32,000 nt of DNA from Kiritimatiella glycovorans (GTDB lineage: Bacteria > Verrucomicrobiota > Kiritimatiellia > Kiritimatiellales > Kiritimatiellaceae), in the NCBI RefSeq assembly GCF_001017655.1, contig NZ_CP010904.1:2100001-2132000 (forward strand), in the 5' to 3' direction. Below the pieces are notes generated by a model. The model was given only the letters and a program-made list of their open reading frames with translations, did no database searches and was not told the origin of the DNA. A program made the translations under genes and the position numbers. The first letter of the stretch is position 1, and the number at the start of each line of letters is the position of its first letter. Shown here piece by piece: positions 1-8,114 of this stretch.

Positions 1-41
1 GAACGCACCGAAATGTGCGCGGGCGCGCCATGTTCACTTAC

Positions 42-88
42 AAAACCCCTCGTGGCGACCGCCGCAGGCGGGCGACGCGAGGGGTTTT
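42..88. terminator. GC-rich hairpin flanked by an A-tract and a T-tract; candidate bidirectional intrinsic terminator for a gene left of the window
   Basis: AAAACCCCTCG (42-52) is the exact reverse complement of CGAGGGGTTTT (78-88). The interior is GC-rich and partly self-complementary. A4 lies 5' and T4 lies 3'. No CDS precedes it in the window. Confidence 0.55.
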
Positions 89-92
89 GCAA

Positions 93-392
93 GAGCCTCT
101 TCTCTGTGAACCCCGATTTCGACTTCGATTCGGATTTCGAGATTTCATCCGTGTCATCGGTAATCCGTGGTCGAAAACACAAGCAAGGTCTCTCGCAAAG
201 GCGCCGGGACCGCAAAGATGAATGAAAAGAGCACAGGCAAAGAGATCGTACGCGCTCTCTTACGTTCGCAGCAGACCCGCAGGTCCGCGCAGCGGGAAAA
301 GTTTGTAGTAGGTCCGCAGGCCTGCGAAGCAGGGCCAGGGCCGTTATCTTCACGCGCCCTGGCCCTTCGGGCCTTACGGCGCTACTACGAAC
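93..392 (+). repeat. Composite intergenic repeat, copy 1: ~170-bp conserved module (93-263), a degenerate REP-like half (264-296) and a REPIN-like hairpin element (301-392)
   Basis: Aligns by eye with 2314-2603. Shared blocks are CTGAACCCCGATTTCGA, GTAATCCGTGGTCGAAAACACAAG, CGCAAAGATGAATGAAAAGAGCACAGGCAAAGA and CTCTCTTACGTTCG. Terminal inverted repeats are GTTTGTAGTAG (301-311) and CTACTACGAAC (382-392). Inner stem is GGCCAGGG (333-340) with CCCTGGCC (357-364). Confidence 0.8.
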
Positions 393-404
393 TCTTCCTC
401 ACGC

Positions 405-431
405 TCCTTCATGCTCTTCATGCCCTTCATG
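405..431. repeat. 3 x 9-bp tandem repeat (NYCTTCATG)
   Basis: TCCTTCATG CTCTTCATG CCCTTCATG read directly; non-coding, ~157 nt upstream of the comM ATG. Confidence 0.7.
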
Positions 432-587
432 GTGAATCCCATTCTCTCCCCGCGACAGCGATATTCACGCAGCCACTCCCCCCGATCTGTGGGCGTTTGC
501 GCGAACACGAGGTCTATTAACGACACTCTAACTTGCGGGACGCACGCGGGGGACGTATGGTTCGCGAACCTTTCCCATTCCTCTCTC

Positions 588-2123
588 ATGCTCGCCAACC
601 TTCATTCCGGCACCCTGTATGGCGTCGACGCGGTCCCCGTCGAGATCGAGGTCAACACCGCTTACGGCGAAGAGGTCAGAGTCGTCATCGTGGGGCTCCC
701 CGACACCGCGGTGCGGGAGAGCACGGACCGCGTCTGGTCCGCGCTGATCGAGTCGGGATTCATGCCGCACCGCGGCAGGACGATCATCAATCTGGCCCCG
801 GCGGACATGAAAAAGGAGGGTCCGGCTTTCGATCTTCCGATCGCGCTCGGCGTGCTCGCGGCCAAGGGCGATCTCGCCGCCGGCCGGCTGGACACCCTGT
901 GCATTGCGGGCGAACTGGCCCTGAGCGGAGAGGTGCGCGCGATACGCGGCGCTCTTCCGCTGGCGCTGGGCGCGCGGGAGCGGGGGCATCGCGCGCTGCT
1001 CCTGCCCGCCGACAACGCCGATGAAGCGGCGGTCGTGGAGGATCTCGAGGTCTATCCCGTACGGACGCTGCGCGAGGCCGCGGATTTCATCGACGGCCGG
1101 ATCGCGATTGAGCGGCGGCGGGTGCCGGAACGCGCGTTTGAAGAGGGCACGGCCTACGACGAGGATCTCGGCGAGGTGCGCGGGCAGGAATCGGCGCGGC
1201 GGGCGGTCGAGGTGGCCGTGGCGGGCGGACACAATCTGCTGGTAATCGGGCCGCCGGGCACCGGCAAGACGATGCTTGCGAGGCGCATCCCCTCGATTCT
1301 GCCGGAGATGACCCTGGACGAGGCGCTCGAAGCGACCAAGATCCACAGCATCGCCGGCACACTCCCCCGTTCGAGTCCGCTGCTGAGGCGGCGTCCCTTC
1401 CGCTCGCCGCACCACACCATCTCCGACGCGGGTCTGCTCGGCGGCGGCACGCATCCCGCGCCGGGCGAGGTCAGCCTGGCGCATCACGGCGTGCTCTTCC
1501 TCGACGAGCTGCCCGAGTTCCAGCGCGCCGTGCTCGAGGTGCTGCGTCAGCCGCTCGAAGACGGCGAAGTCACCATCGCACGCGCCGCGGCGACCGTGAC
1601 GTTTCCCAGCCGGTTTATCCTGGTCGCCTCGATGAACCCCTGTCCCTGCGGGTACTACGGCGACCCGCGCCGCGCGTGCCGCTGCACGCCGCGCCAGATC
1701 CGGCGCTACCGCGACCGCCTCTCGGGACCGCTTCTCGACCGCATCGATCTGCACGTCGAAGTCCCCGCCGTCTCCGCGCGCGAATTGCAGTCGTCACAGA
1801 ACGGCGAATCTTCCTCCGCCGTACGCCGGCGCGTTGTGGCGGCGCGGCAGCGGCAGCAGCGCCGCTTCGCGGCGTCGCCCCCCGTACGCTGCAATGCCGC
1901 CATGCCCGCCCGGCTGGTGCGCCGGAGCTGCCGGCCCGACGACGGCGCCGCGGCGCTGCTGCGGATGGCGATGGACGAGCAGCACCTGAGCGCGCGGGCG
2001 CACGACCGCATTCTCAAGGTCGCACGCACCATCGCCGATCTCGAGGGCTGCGAGGACCTGAAACCGGAGCACATCTCCGAAGCCATCCAGTACCGCAGCC
2101 TGGACCGGCAGTACGGGCTGTAG
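588..2123 (+). CDS. comM: Mg-chelatase-like AAA+ ATPase, ComM/YifB family
   Basis: N-terminus [22 protein letters not shown] is typical of YifB. Lon-protease-like S5 domain, Walker [22 protein letters not shown], the cysteine cluster [18 protein letters not shown] and a C-terminal RSLD motif are present. ATG at 588 was chosen because homology begins there; the track ORF starts at 411 inside repeat DNA. Confidence 0.9.
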   Translation: MLANLHSGTLYGVDAVPVEIEVNTAYGEEVRVVIVGLPDTAVRESTDRVWSALIESGFMPHRGRTIINLAPADMKKEGPAFDLPIALGVLAAKGDLAAGRLDTLCIAGELALSGEVRAIRGALPLALGARERGHRALLLPADNADEAAVVEDLEVYPVRTLREAADFIDGRIAIERRRVPERAFEEGTAYDEDLGEVRGQESARRAVEVAVAGGHNLLVIGPPGTGKTMLARRIPSILPEMTLDEALEATKIHSIAGTLPRSSPLLRRRPFRSPHHTISDAGLLGGGTHPAPGEVSLAHHGVLFLDELPEFQRAVLEVLRQPLEDGEVTIARAAATVTFPSRFILVASMNPCPCGYYGDPRRACRCTPRQIRRYRDRLSGPLLDRIDLHVEVPAVSARELQSSQNGESSSAVRRRVVAARQRQQRRFAASPPVRCNAAMPARLVRRSCRPDDGAAALLRMAMDEQHLSARAHDRILKVARTIADLEGCEDLKPEHISEAIQYRSLDRQYGL

Positions 2124-2165
2124 GTGTGAGTGAGAAGGCTGAAACCTGAAACTTGAGCAAGAAGG
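2124..2165 (-). repeat. Dispersed partial copy, in reverse orientation, of the CTCAGGT/TTCTCACTC repeat family seen at 12764-12978
   Basis: The reverse complement reads CCTTCTTGCTCAAGTTTCAGGTTTCAGCCTTCTCACTCACAC. It shares TTCAGGTTTC and TTCTCACTCA with the tandem-array units. It lies immediately after the comM stop. Confidence 0.5.
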
Positions 2166-2204
2166 AAAAACTACTGCTGGATTAGAAATCCGCTCGCGTC
2201 ACAA

Positions 2205-2307
2205 CGTACTCGTACTCAGCGAAGCGGTACTCGTACTAGAATTCCCTGAATCGGGGGAGTGGGATCGCGCCTTCGGCGCTCCGAGTACGCGTACGAGTAC
2301 GAGTACG
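2205..2307. repeat. Inverted hexamer microsatellite (GTACTC)n ... (GAGTAC)n forming a ~100-nt nested hairpin
   Basis: CGTACTCGTACTC (2205-2217) is the exact reverse complement of GAGTACGAGTACG (2295-2307). A second imperfect arm pair is 2226-2237 with 2283-2294. The central stem-loop is GCGCC-TTC-GGCGC (2267-2279). Confidence 0.75.
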
Positions 2308-2313
2308 AATCAT

Positions 2314-2603
2314 GTTCTCTCTGAACCCCGATTTCGAGTTCCCATTCGCATCCGTAATCCGTGGTCGAAAACACAAGAAATGACTCTCGCCAAGGCGCAG
2401 AGATCGCAAAGATGGATGAGAAGAGCACAGGCAAAGAAATGGTGCGTTCTCTCTTACGTTCGTAGTAGGCCCGCAGGCCTGCGAAGCGGGACCAGGGCCG
2501 TTATCTTTCACGCGCCTGGCCTGCCGGGGGGCAGGCGTGCGGCGCTACTACGAACGATATCACGCGCCTTGGCCCTTCGGGCGCGTGCGGCGCTACTACG
2601 AAC
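2314..2603 (+). repeat. Composite intergenic repeat, copy 2: ~145-bp conserved module (2314-2457), a REPIN-like element (2458-2555) and an extra duplicated right half (2556-2603)
   Basis: Left end is GTTCGTAGTAG (2458-2468). Two right ends CTACTACGAAC occur at 2545-2555 and 2593-2603. Hairpin GCCTGCC-GGGG-GGCAGGC spans 2519-2536. The module aligns with 93-263. Confidence 0.8.
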
Positions 2604-2689
2604 GTTTGTCGTCTCCCATCCCGCCTCTTCCCGAACGGCTCCACCACAAAAAATCTGCGAAGAACCCTCTTTACCCGTCGCGAACTGGC

Positions 2690-2730
2690 GCGTTTGTATA
2701 TTTTATCAAACCTGATATTGGATAATATGC
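2690..2730 (+). promoter_or_regulatory. AT-rich island; candidate promoter for the downstream secreted-protein gene
   Basis: CGTTTGTATATTTTATCAAACCTGATATTGGATAATATGC stands out in otherwise GC-rich DNA. It has -10-like hexamers TATATT (2697-2702) and GATAAT (2721-2726) but no convincing -35. It shares the TTTGTATA motif with 28760-28767. Confidence 0.3.
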
Positions 2731-2830
2731 GGACAGGACACCGGGGACATTATGCGTGCTCGACTTCGTGGTAACGGAGAGGTTGGGATGCGTCATAAAG
2801 CGGGACGCCCCGCTGAGGAGGACAGGGATA

Positions 2831-5800
2831 ATGCGCACGGGTACACCAGCTCTTATCGCCTTACTGATGACTGCGGCCGTCGCGGCGGGGCGGGCGGAAA
2901 CCCCGGCCGCCCCGCAAGCCCGGACAACCGACGCACCGGATCAGACGGTCGCGATCGTCCTCGCGGACCACCCCTCCCCCGCCGAGCAGATCGCCGCCGC
3001 GCATCTCGAGCAGACCCTGACCGCCCTGTACCCGTCCGCGAACTTCACCGTATCGAGCGCGGACGCCGGTGCCGGGGCGCTCATTTTCGTCGGAACCCCG
3101 GATTCGCTGCCGACCGTGCGCGACTGGGTCGGAACCGGAACCCTGGAGGGTGAGGAGGACTTTGTGATCCGCCACGCGAGCCGCGGCGGGCGGCAGGCCG
3201 GTCTGATCGCCGGAAAGACCGGGCGCGCCGTGCTCCACGGCGCCTACCGCCTGACCGAGGCGCTCGGCTGCGGACATTACATCACTGAAACCACGATGCC
3301 CGCTCCGCGCGAGGTCTTCACATTCGAAGGCTGGGACATGGAAGACCACCCGCTGGTGCGCGAACGGATCGTGTTTAACTGGCACAACTTTCTCTCGGGC
3401 TGTTCGGGGTGGGATGAAGAGCACTGGCTCGAGTGGATCGAGCAGTCGCAGAAGATGGGCTACAATGCGATTATGGTCCACGCCTACGGCAACAACCCGA
3501 TGTTCACCTACACCTTCCGCGGCATGGAAAAGGAAGTCGGCTATACGGTCACGACCCGCCGGGGCCGCGAATGGAGCAATCAGCACGTCAACGATATCCG
3601 CCGCCTGCCGGGGGGGCCTATCTTCGACCGCGCCGAATTCGGCAGCGAGACCGCGCTCGTTTCCGGGGAACGCCGGATCGAGGCCAAGCAACGACTCATG
3701 CAGACGGTCTTCACCGAAGCCGAACGGCGGCAGATGCGGGTCACCTTCGCGCTGGATGTCGACACCGGTTCCGTACTGCCGCAGGAGATGATCACGGCCC
3801 TGGACGCCGACGAGCGCTTCAGGAACGGTCATATCTGGCTGCCGCGGCCGGACACCCCGGGAGGGTACGAATTCTACCGGGCGCAGGTGCGCGGTCTGCT
3901 GGAGCTGTATCCCCAGATCGACCGCATCGCGCTTTATCAGCGCCCCAATGGCGCGCACTGGGGCCTGTTGAAGAAGGTCGACCAGCTGCCCGAACCCTGG
4001 CGGGCCGAGTACCGCGAGCACGTGCGCGAACATCCCGACGCCGCCGGGCTGGAGCAGTCGATCGGCGCCTTCGCGCTGAGCAAGGTCTGCGCCGCCTTCC
4101 GCAGGGCCCTCGACGAGATGGGCCGCGAAGACATCCGCCTGGGCTACGGGAGCTGGCACACGAAATGGATGCCCGCGGTGGTGGAGTTCTTTCCGGAAGA
4201 GGTCGACCTGATGCCGCTGGATTGTACGAACACCCCCGGGAATAAATCATTTTTCGACCGGGACGATTCCCGGGCCGATCTCATGCAGGCACGCGGACGG
4301 ATCATCCCGATCATCTGGGCGCACCATGACGGCCAGGGCTATATCGGACGTCCGTTTCTTCCGCATGACGATCTGCTCCAGCCGCTCTCCGACCTGGAGG
4401 CGGACGGATTCGCCGTCCTGCACTGGATGAACCGCCCGATGGATCTCTATTTCAAAAACCAGATCAACCAGGTCTGGAGCCTGCGCCGGAGCGAGCCCCT
4501 CGCGCACACCTGCCGGGTCATGGCGCGCCATTTTTTCGGTCCGTCGCACGAGGAAAACCTCGGCGAATACCTGCTGCGCTGGATTCACGATGCGCCCTCG
4601 CTCGGACGGGTAACCCGGGACCACTTCTTTCTGCTGAGCCAGAACCGGATCCGCGAGCCCGAAGCCAAAATCCGCGCATGCCGTGAACGCCTGGAACGGC
4701 TGCGCTCCGTCGATACGTCCGACATGAATCCGCGTCAAAAAGAACGACTCGACTATTTCAAGACCCTGGAGCAGGTGATCATCGGATTCTGCGAAAACCA
4801 GGCGCTCGCGTACCGTCCCGCCTACGGCGCGATCCGAGGGGGCGACTATTCCCGCGCCCGCGCCCTCCTGCGCCGGGCGGACCCGGCCCGCACGATCGAA
4901 CGCTACGCCGAGCTGTCCCAAATCGGGAAAGCGGACCGCGGCGAAAAGGCCCTGGTGCCGTCTCTCGGTACGCGCTGGATGACGGATTTCATCGCGGCGC
5001 GGCAGGCCGCCGGGATGGAGACGGTACGCATCCATTACGGCCCCACCCGGCACGAAGACCTGGCCATGGATCCGGGGAGCTACACCTATCATATCGACAC
5101 CGGCGGACGGTACTGGTCCGTACGCGGGGAACGGGAGGTCTCCCATCCCGTGATGACCCTCGCCTCCGGCACACGCCTGGATCCCGCCGCAGCCGACGCG
5201 GCGCCGGACGCGGCGATCCTGCGCAGCGGAATCTGCATCGACGAATCCGCCGCACTGGCCGTCTCACCGATGGTCGCACTGTTCGAGGAACTCGCCCCGG
5301 GCGCGTACCGGGTGCGGGCCTGGCTGAGTGCCGCCGACGGTTCGGCGCGGTGCAGGCTCGGGATCAACGCCCTCGTCTCCGCCCCCCACGTGGATACGGT
5401 GCGGATCGAGCCGGTCCGGGCCCGGCTGCTGAGGGTCGAATGCCATAGTTACGAGGCGGACAACTGGAACAGCATCTATGAAATCCGGTCCGACGCCATC
5501 GACCGCGCGGCCCCGGGCGGCGCAGCGGCCAGCACGCATACGCCCGGATACCCGCCGGAAGCGGTTCTCGACCACGACCCGACGACCCGCTGGGCCGCGC
5601 AGGGGGAACAGTGGATCCAGGTTCCCCTCGATCCCGGCGAACCGCTCGAGAGCGTGAAGATCGCCTGGTACAAGGGCGAATCGCGCAATTACCGTTATAC
5701 CCTGAAGGTTTCCGATGACGGCGAGCAGTGGCGCGAAGTGACCCGGCTTCCCGATTCCGTGGCGGATGCGGGCGAAAATATCGGGCCGGCCCGTGAAGTC

Positions 5801-5953
5801 CGTCTGGACCGCCCCGCGGACGGGAGCCGTACCGTGACGGCGGCCGATCTCCCCGTACGCCTGGACCACCCGTCGAAGTTGCGGCTGCGGGTCGATCCCC
5901 TGGACGGAGCCGTCCTCCTGCACGCGCTGACCTGCAGTCCGGAACGCGAATGA
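2831..5953 (+). CDS. Secreted ~1040-aa protein: signal peptide, glycosidase-like N-terminal and central region of unresolved family, C-terminal F5/8 type C (discoidin/CBM32-like) domain
   Basis: GAGGAGG (2815-2821) lies 9 nt before the ATG. Signal peptide is MRTGTPALIALLMTAAVAAG. The N-terminal module (FVGTPDSLP...FVIRHASRGG...GKTGRAVLHGAYRLTEALG) resembles N-domains of GH20/GH67-type and DUF4838-type enzymes. The C-terminal DHDPTTRWAAQGEQWIQVPL...IAWYKGESRNYRYTLKVSDDGEQW is a discoidin signature. Confidence 0.8.
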   Translation: MRTGTPALIALLMTAAVAAGRAETPAAPQARTTDAPDQTVAIVLADHPSPAEQIAAAHLEQTLTALYPSANFTVSSADAGAGALIFVGTPDSLPTVRDWVGTGTLEGEEDFVIRHASRGGRQAGLIAGKTGRAVLHGAYRLTEALGCGHYITETTMPAPREVFTFEGWDMEDHPLVRERIVFNWHNFLSGCSGWDEEHWLEWIEQSQKMGYNAIMVHAYGNNPMFTYTFRGMEKEVGYTVTTRRGREWSNQHVNDIRRLPGGPIFDRAEFGSETALVSGERRIEAKQRLMQTVFTEAERRQMRVTFALDVDTGSVLPQEMITALDADERFRNGHIWLPRPDTPGGYEFYRAQVRGLLELYPQIDRIALYQRPNGAHWGLLKKVDQLPEPWRAEYREHVREHPDAAGLEQSIGAFALSKVCAAFRRALDEMGREDIRLGYGSWHTKWMPAVVEFFPEEVDLMPLDCTNTPGNKSFFDRDDSRADLMQARGRIIPIIWAHHDGQGYIGRPFLPHDDLLQPLSDLEADGFAVLHWMNRPMDLYFKNQINQVWSLRRSEPLAHTCRVMARHFFGPSHEENLGEYLLRWIHDAPSLGRVTRDHFFLLSQNRIREPEAKIRACRERLERLRSVDTSDMNPRQKERLDYFKTLEQVIIGFCENQALAYRPAYGAIRGGDYSRARALLRRADPARTIERYAELSQIGKADRGEKALVPSLGTRWMTDFIAARQAAGMETVRIHYGPTRHEDLAMDPGSYTYHIDTGGRYWSVRGEREVSHPVMTLASGTRLDPAAADAAPDAAILRSGICIDESAALAVSPMVALFEELAPGAYRVRAWLSAADGSARCRLGINALVSAPHVDTVRIEPVRARLLRVECHSYEADNWNSIYEIRSDAIDRAAPGGAAASTHTPGYPPEAVLDHDPTTRWAAQGEQWIQVPLDPGEPLESVKIAWYKGESRNYRYTLKVSDDGEQWREVTRLPDSVADAGENIGPAREVRLDRPADGSRTVTAADLPVRLDHPSKLRLRVDPLDGAVLLHALTCSPERE

Positions 5954-5985
5954 CAGGATAGCGCAGCGTCCAAAGCACCCGCGGT

Positions 5986-8109
5986 CTACCGGTTCATCCC
6001 GCGATCGCCCTCCTGCGGAAGGTGCGGCTGAAGGACGGTGCGGTTCGCCTGCCGGGCGGTGCGGAAGGCCTCGCATGCCCGCCGGTGGAGTTCGGCCTGG
6101 CTGCGCACTTTTTTGCGTTTCGCCGCCTTCGTACGGCTCCAGTTCCCGTCGGGTCCCAGCGTCCAGCTCTTTTCCGAATCGCTGAAGTGGACATCGAGGA
6201 TCTTTCGCAGCCGTTTCCGGGAGGGGGCATCGTCGACCGGCACCAGCACCTCGACCCGCCGGTCGAGGTTGCGCGGCATCCAGTCGGCGCTGCCGATATA
6301 CGTGAGGTGTTCGCCGCCGTGGCGGAAGCGAAAGACCCGCGCATGTTCCAGGAAGCGGTCGATGATGCTCAGCACGGTAATGTTCTCGCTCAACCCTTTC
6401 ACGCCGGGTCGCAGGCAGCAGATCCCGCGCACGTTCAGCCGGATGCGGACGCCCGCCTTTGACGCCTCGTACAGTTTCCCGATCATGCCGGGATCGACGA
6501 GCGAATTCATCTTGGCGTCGATCGCCGCCTTCTGTCCCTGCCGGCTGCGCTCGATCTCCTGCTCGATCAGCGCGACGAGGCCGTCGCGCATATGGATCGG
6601 CGCCATCAGCAGGCCGTTGAAATGCCGGGGCTGCGAATAGCCGCAGACGGCGTTGAAGAACGATGACGCGTCCGCGCCCAGGTTCGGATCGGACGTCATG
6701 TAGCTCAGATCGCCGTAGACCCGGGCGGTCACTTCGTTGAAGTTTCCGGTCCCGTAGTGGACATAGCGGACGATTCCGTCCGGCTCGCGGCGCATGACGA
6801 TACAGACTTTCGCGTGCGTCTTGAGTCCGCGCACGCCGTAGATCACCTGGACGCCCGACTGTTCGAGCTGGCGTGCCCACTCGATGTTGCGGGCCTCGTC
6901 GAACCGCGCGCGCAGTTCGACCACGGCCGTCACGTATTTATTCGACTCCGCCGCGCGTTTGAGGGCCTCGACGACCGGGCTGTTCCTGCTGGTGCGGTAG
7001 AGGACCTGCTTGATGGCCAGCACGTCCGGGTCGGCGGCCGCCTCCTCGATAAAACGGACCACGGGGTCGAAGGATTCGTACGGATGATACAGCAGCAGGG
7101 ACCGCTCCGAGATCTGGTCGAACATGGGCCTGCCGGGATCCACTTCCGGCGAAGGCTGCGGCGGCCAGGGCTCGAACTTGTGTTCGTCGAAGCCCTCCAT
7201 ATCGGCCAATGCGCCGAAATCGTTCAGGTTCAGGGGACCGTGGACGGGAAACACTTCGGGGCGCTTCAGTCCGAGCCGATCCTGCAGGCGGGACCGGAGT
7301 TCATGGGAAGCCGCGCCTTCGATCTCCAGCCGCACCGGACCGCTCTGTTTGCGCGCCTCCAGCACCTCCTCCATGCCGCTCAACAGGTCCGGCGCCTCGT
7401 CCTCCTGGACCGCCAGGTCCGCGTTGCGCGTGACCCGGAACGCCGCGGCCTCCTGCACCGGCCGGCCGGGAAACCACTCGGCCGCGTGCATGCGCACGAC
7501 ATCCTCGAGCGTCATGTAGTGGTAGAGTTCATCGCGGGACGGCAGCGAAAAGAAGCGGTGGGTGGCCCTTCCCAGGGGCATCACCGCCAGTTCCGTGCCG
7601 CCGTCTTCTCCGCCCGAGAGCAGGACGGCCATATGCAGTTCCAGGTTATGGATCAGCGGCATCGGCCCCTCGGCTTCGATCGACATCGGCGTGATCAGCG
7701 GGAAGAGCTGTTCCTCGAAGGCGGAGCGGAGAAAGCGGCGCGGCTCGCTTTCCACTTCCTCCGGACGCGCGCGGCGTATGCCCGCGCGCGCCAGCGCGGG
7801 TTCGAGGTCCTCGCGATAGCATGCGTACTGGGTTTCGACCATCGACCGCACCCGCTTGAGTATCGCCTTGAGCTGGCCGGCGGGCGTCAGCCCCGAGGGG
7901 TCTTTTTTGCGCTTGCCCTCCCGGCGCTGGAGCTGCAGTCCGCCCACGCGGACCATGAAAAACTCGTCGAGGTTCGAGGCGGTGATGGACAGGAACCGGA
8001 GCCGTTCGAGCAGCGGCGTCCCGGGGTCGCGGGCCTCGGCGAGGACGCGGTCGTTGAAATCGAGCCAGCTCAACTCCCGATTGATGAAATGCGAACGATC
8101 GGGCGCCAT
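5986..8109 (-). CDS. ppk1: Polyphosphate kinase 1
   Basis: N-terminus FINRELSWLDFNDRVLAEARDPGTPLLERLRFLSITASNLDEFFMVRV is the canonical PPK1 N-domain. Two PLD-like C-domains are present (HAKVCIVMRRE, GSADWMPRNLDRRVEV). Length is 707 aa. Confidence 0.95.
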   Translation of the reverse strand: MAPDRSHFINRELSWLDFNDRVLAEARDPGTPLLERLRFLSITASNLDEFFMVRVGGLQLQRREGKRKKDPSGLTPAGQLKAILKRVRSMVETQYACYREDLEPALARAGIRRARPEEVESEPRRFLRSAFEEQLFPLITPMSIEAEGPMPLIHNLELHMAVLLSGGEDGGTELAVMPLGRATHRFFSLPSRDELYHYMTLEDVVRMHAAEWFPGRPVQEAAAFRVTRNADLAVQEDEAPDLLSGMEEVLEARKQSGPVRLEIEGAASHELRSRLQDRLGLKRPEVFPVHGPLNLNDFGALADMEGFDEHKFEPWPPQPSPEVDPGRPMFDQISERSLLLYHPYESFDPVVRFIEEAAADPDVLAIKQVLYRTSRNSPVVEALKRAAESNKYVTAVVELRARFDEARNIEWARQLEQSGVQVIYGVRGLKTHAKVCIVMRREPDGIVRYVHYGTGNFNEVTARVYGDLSYMTSDPNLGADASSFFNAVCGYSQPRHFNGLLMAPIHMRDGLVALIEQEIERSRQGQKAAIDAKMNSLVDPGMIGKLYEASKAGVRIRLNVRGICCLRPGVKGLSENITVLSIIDRFLEHARVFRFRHGGEHLTYIGSADWMPRNLDRRVEVLVPVDDAPSRKRLRKILDVHFSDSEKSWTLGPDGNWSRTKAAKRKKVRSQAELHRRACEAFRTARQANRTVLQPHLPQEGDRGMNR

Positions 8110-8114
8110 GGTAT

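Noticed and set aside
167-520. ORFs within the composite repeats (167-520, 2380-2715), plus a possible conserved micro-ORF (GTG at 167 and 2361; ATG at 218 and 2412; M(N/D)EKSTGKE(I/M)VR(A/S)LLRS)
   Set aside because: The two copies do stay in frame for 102 nt. However, I count 9 nonsynonymous and 5 synonymous codon differences, there is no convincing RBS, and copy 1 reads through only because the REP head TAGTAG is mutated to CAGCAG. Repeat DNA explains this better than a gene. It would only be worth revisiting if Ribo-seq data exist.
411-587. N-terminal extensions implied by the ORF track: comM from 411, discoidin protein from 2756, BNR from 15985, purL from 21978, purH from 26526, DUF6807-1 from 26626, DUF6807-2 from 29427, AraC from 28844
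   Set aside because: The extensions lie in repeat or intergenic DNA or overlap the upstream gene, and they lack homology. Downstream starts have Shine-Dalgarno sequences and/or stop-start coupling, and they coincide with signal peptides or the onset of family homology.
5264-6880. 538-aa minus-strand ORF spanning the end of the discoidin gene and the 3' part of ppk1
   Set aside because: It crosses a convergent gene boundary, is out of frame with ppk1, and has a low-complexity Arg/Pro-rich translation.
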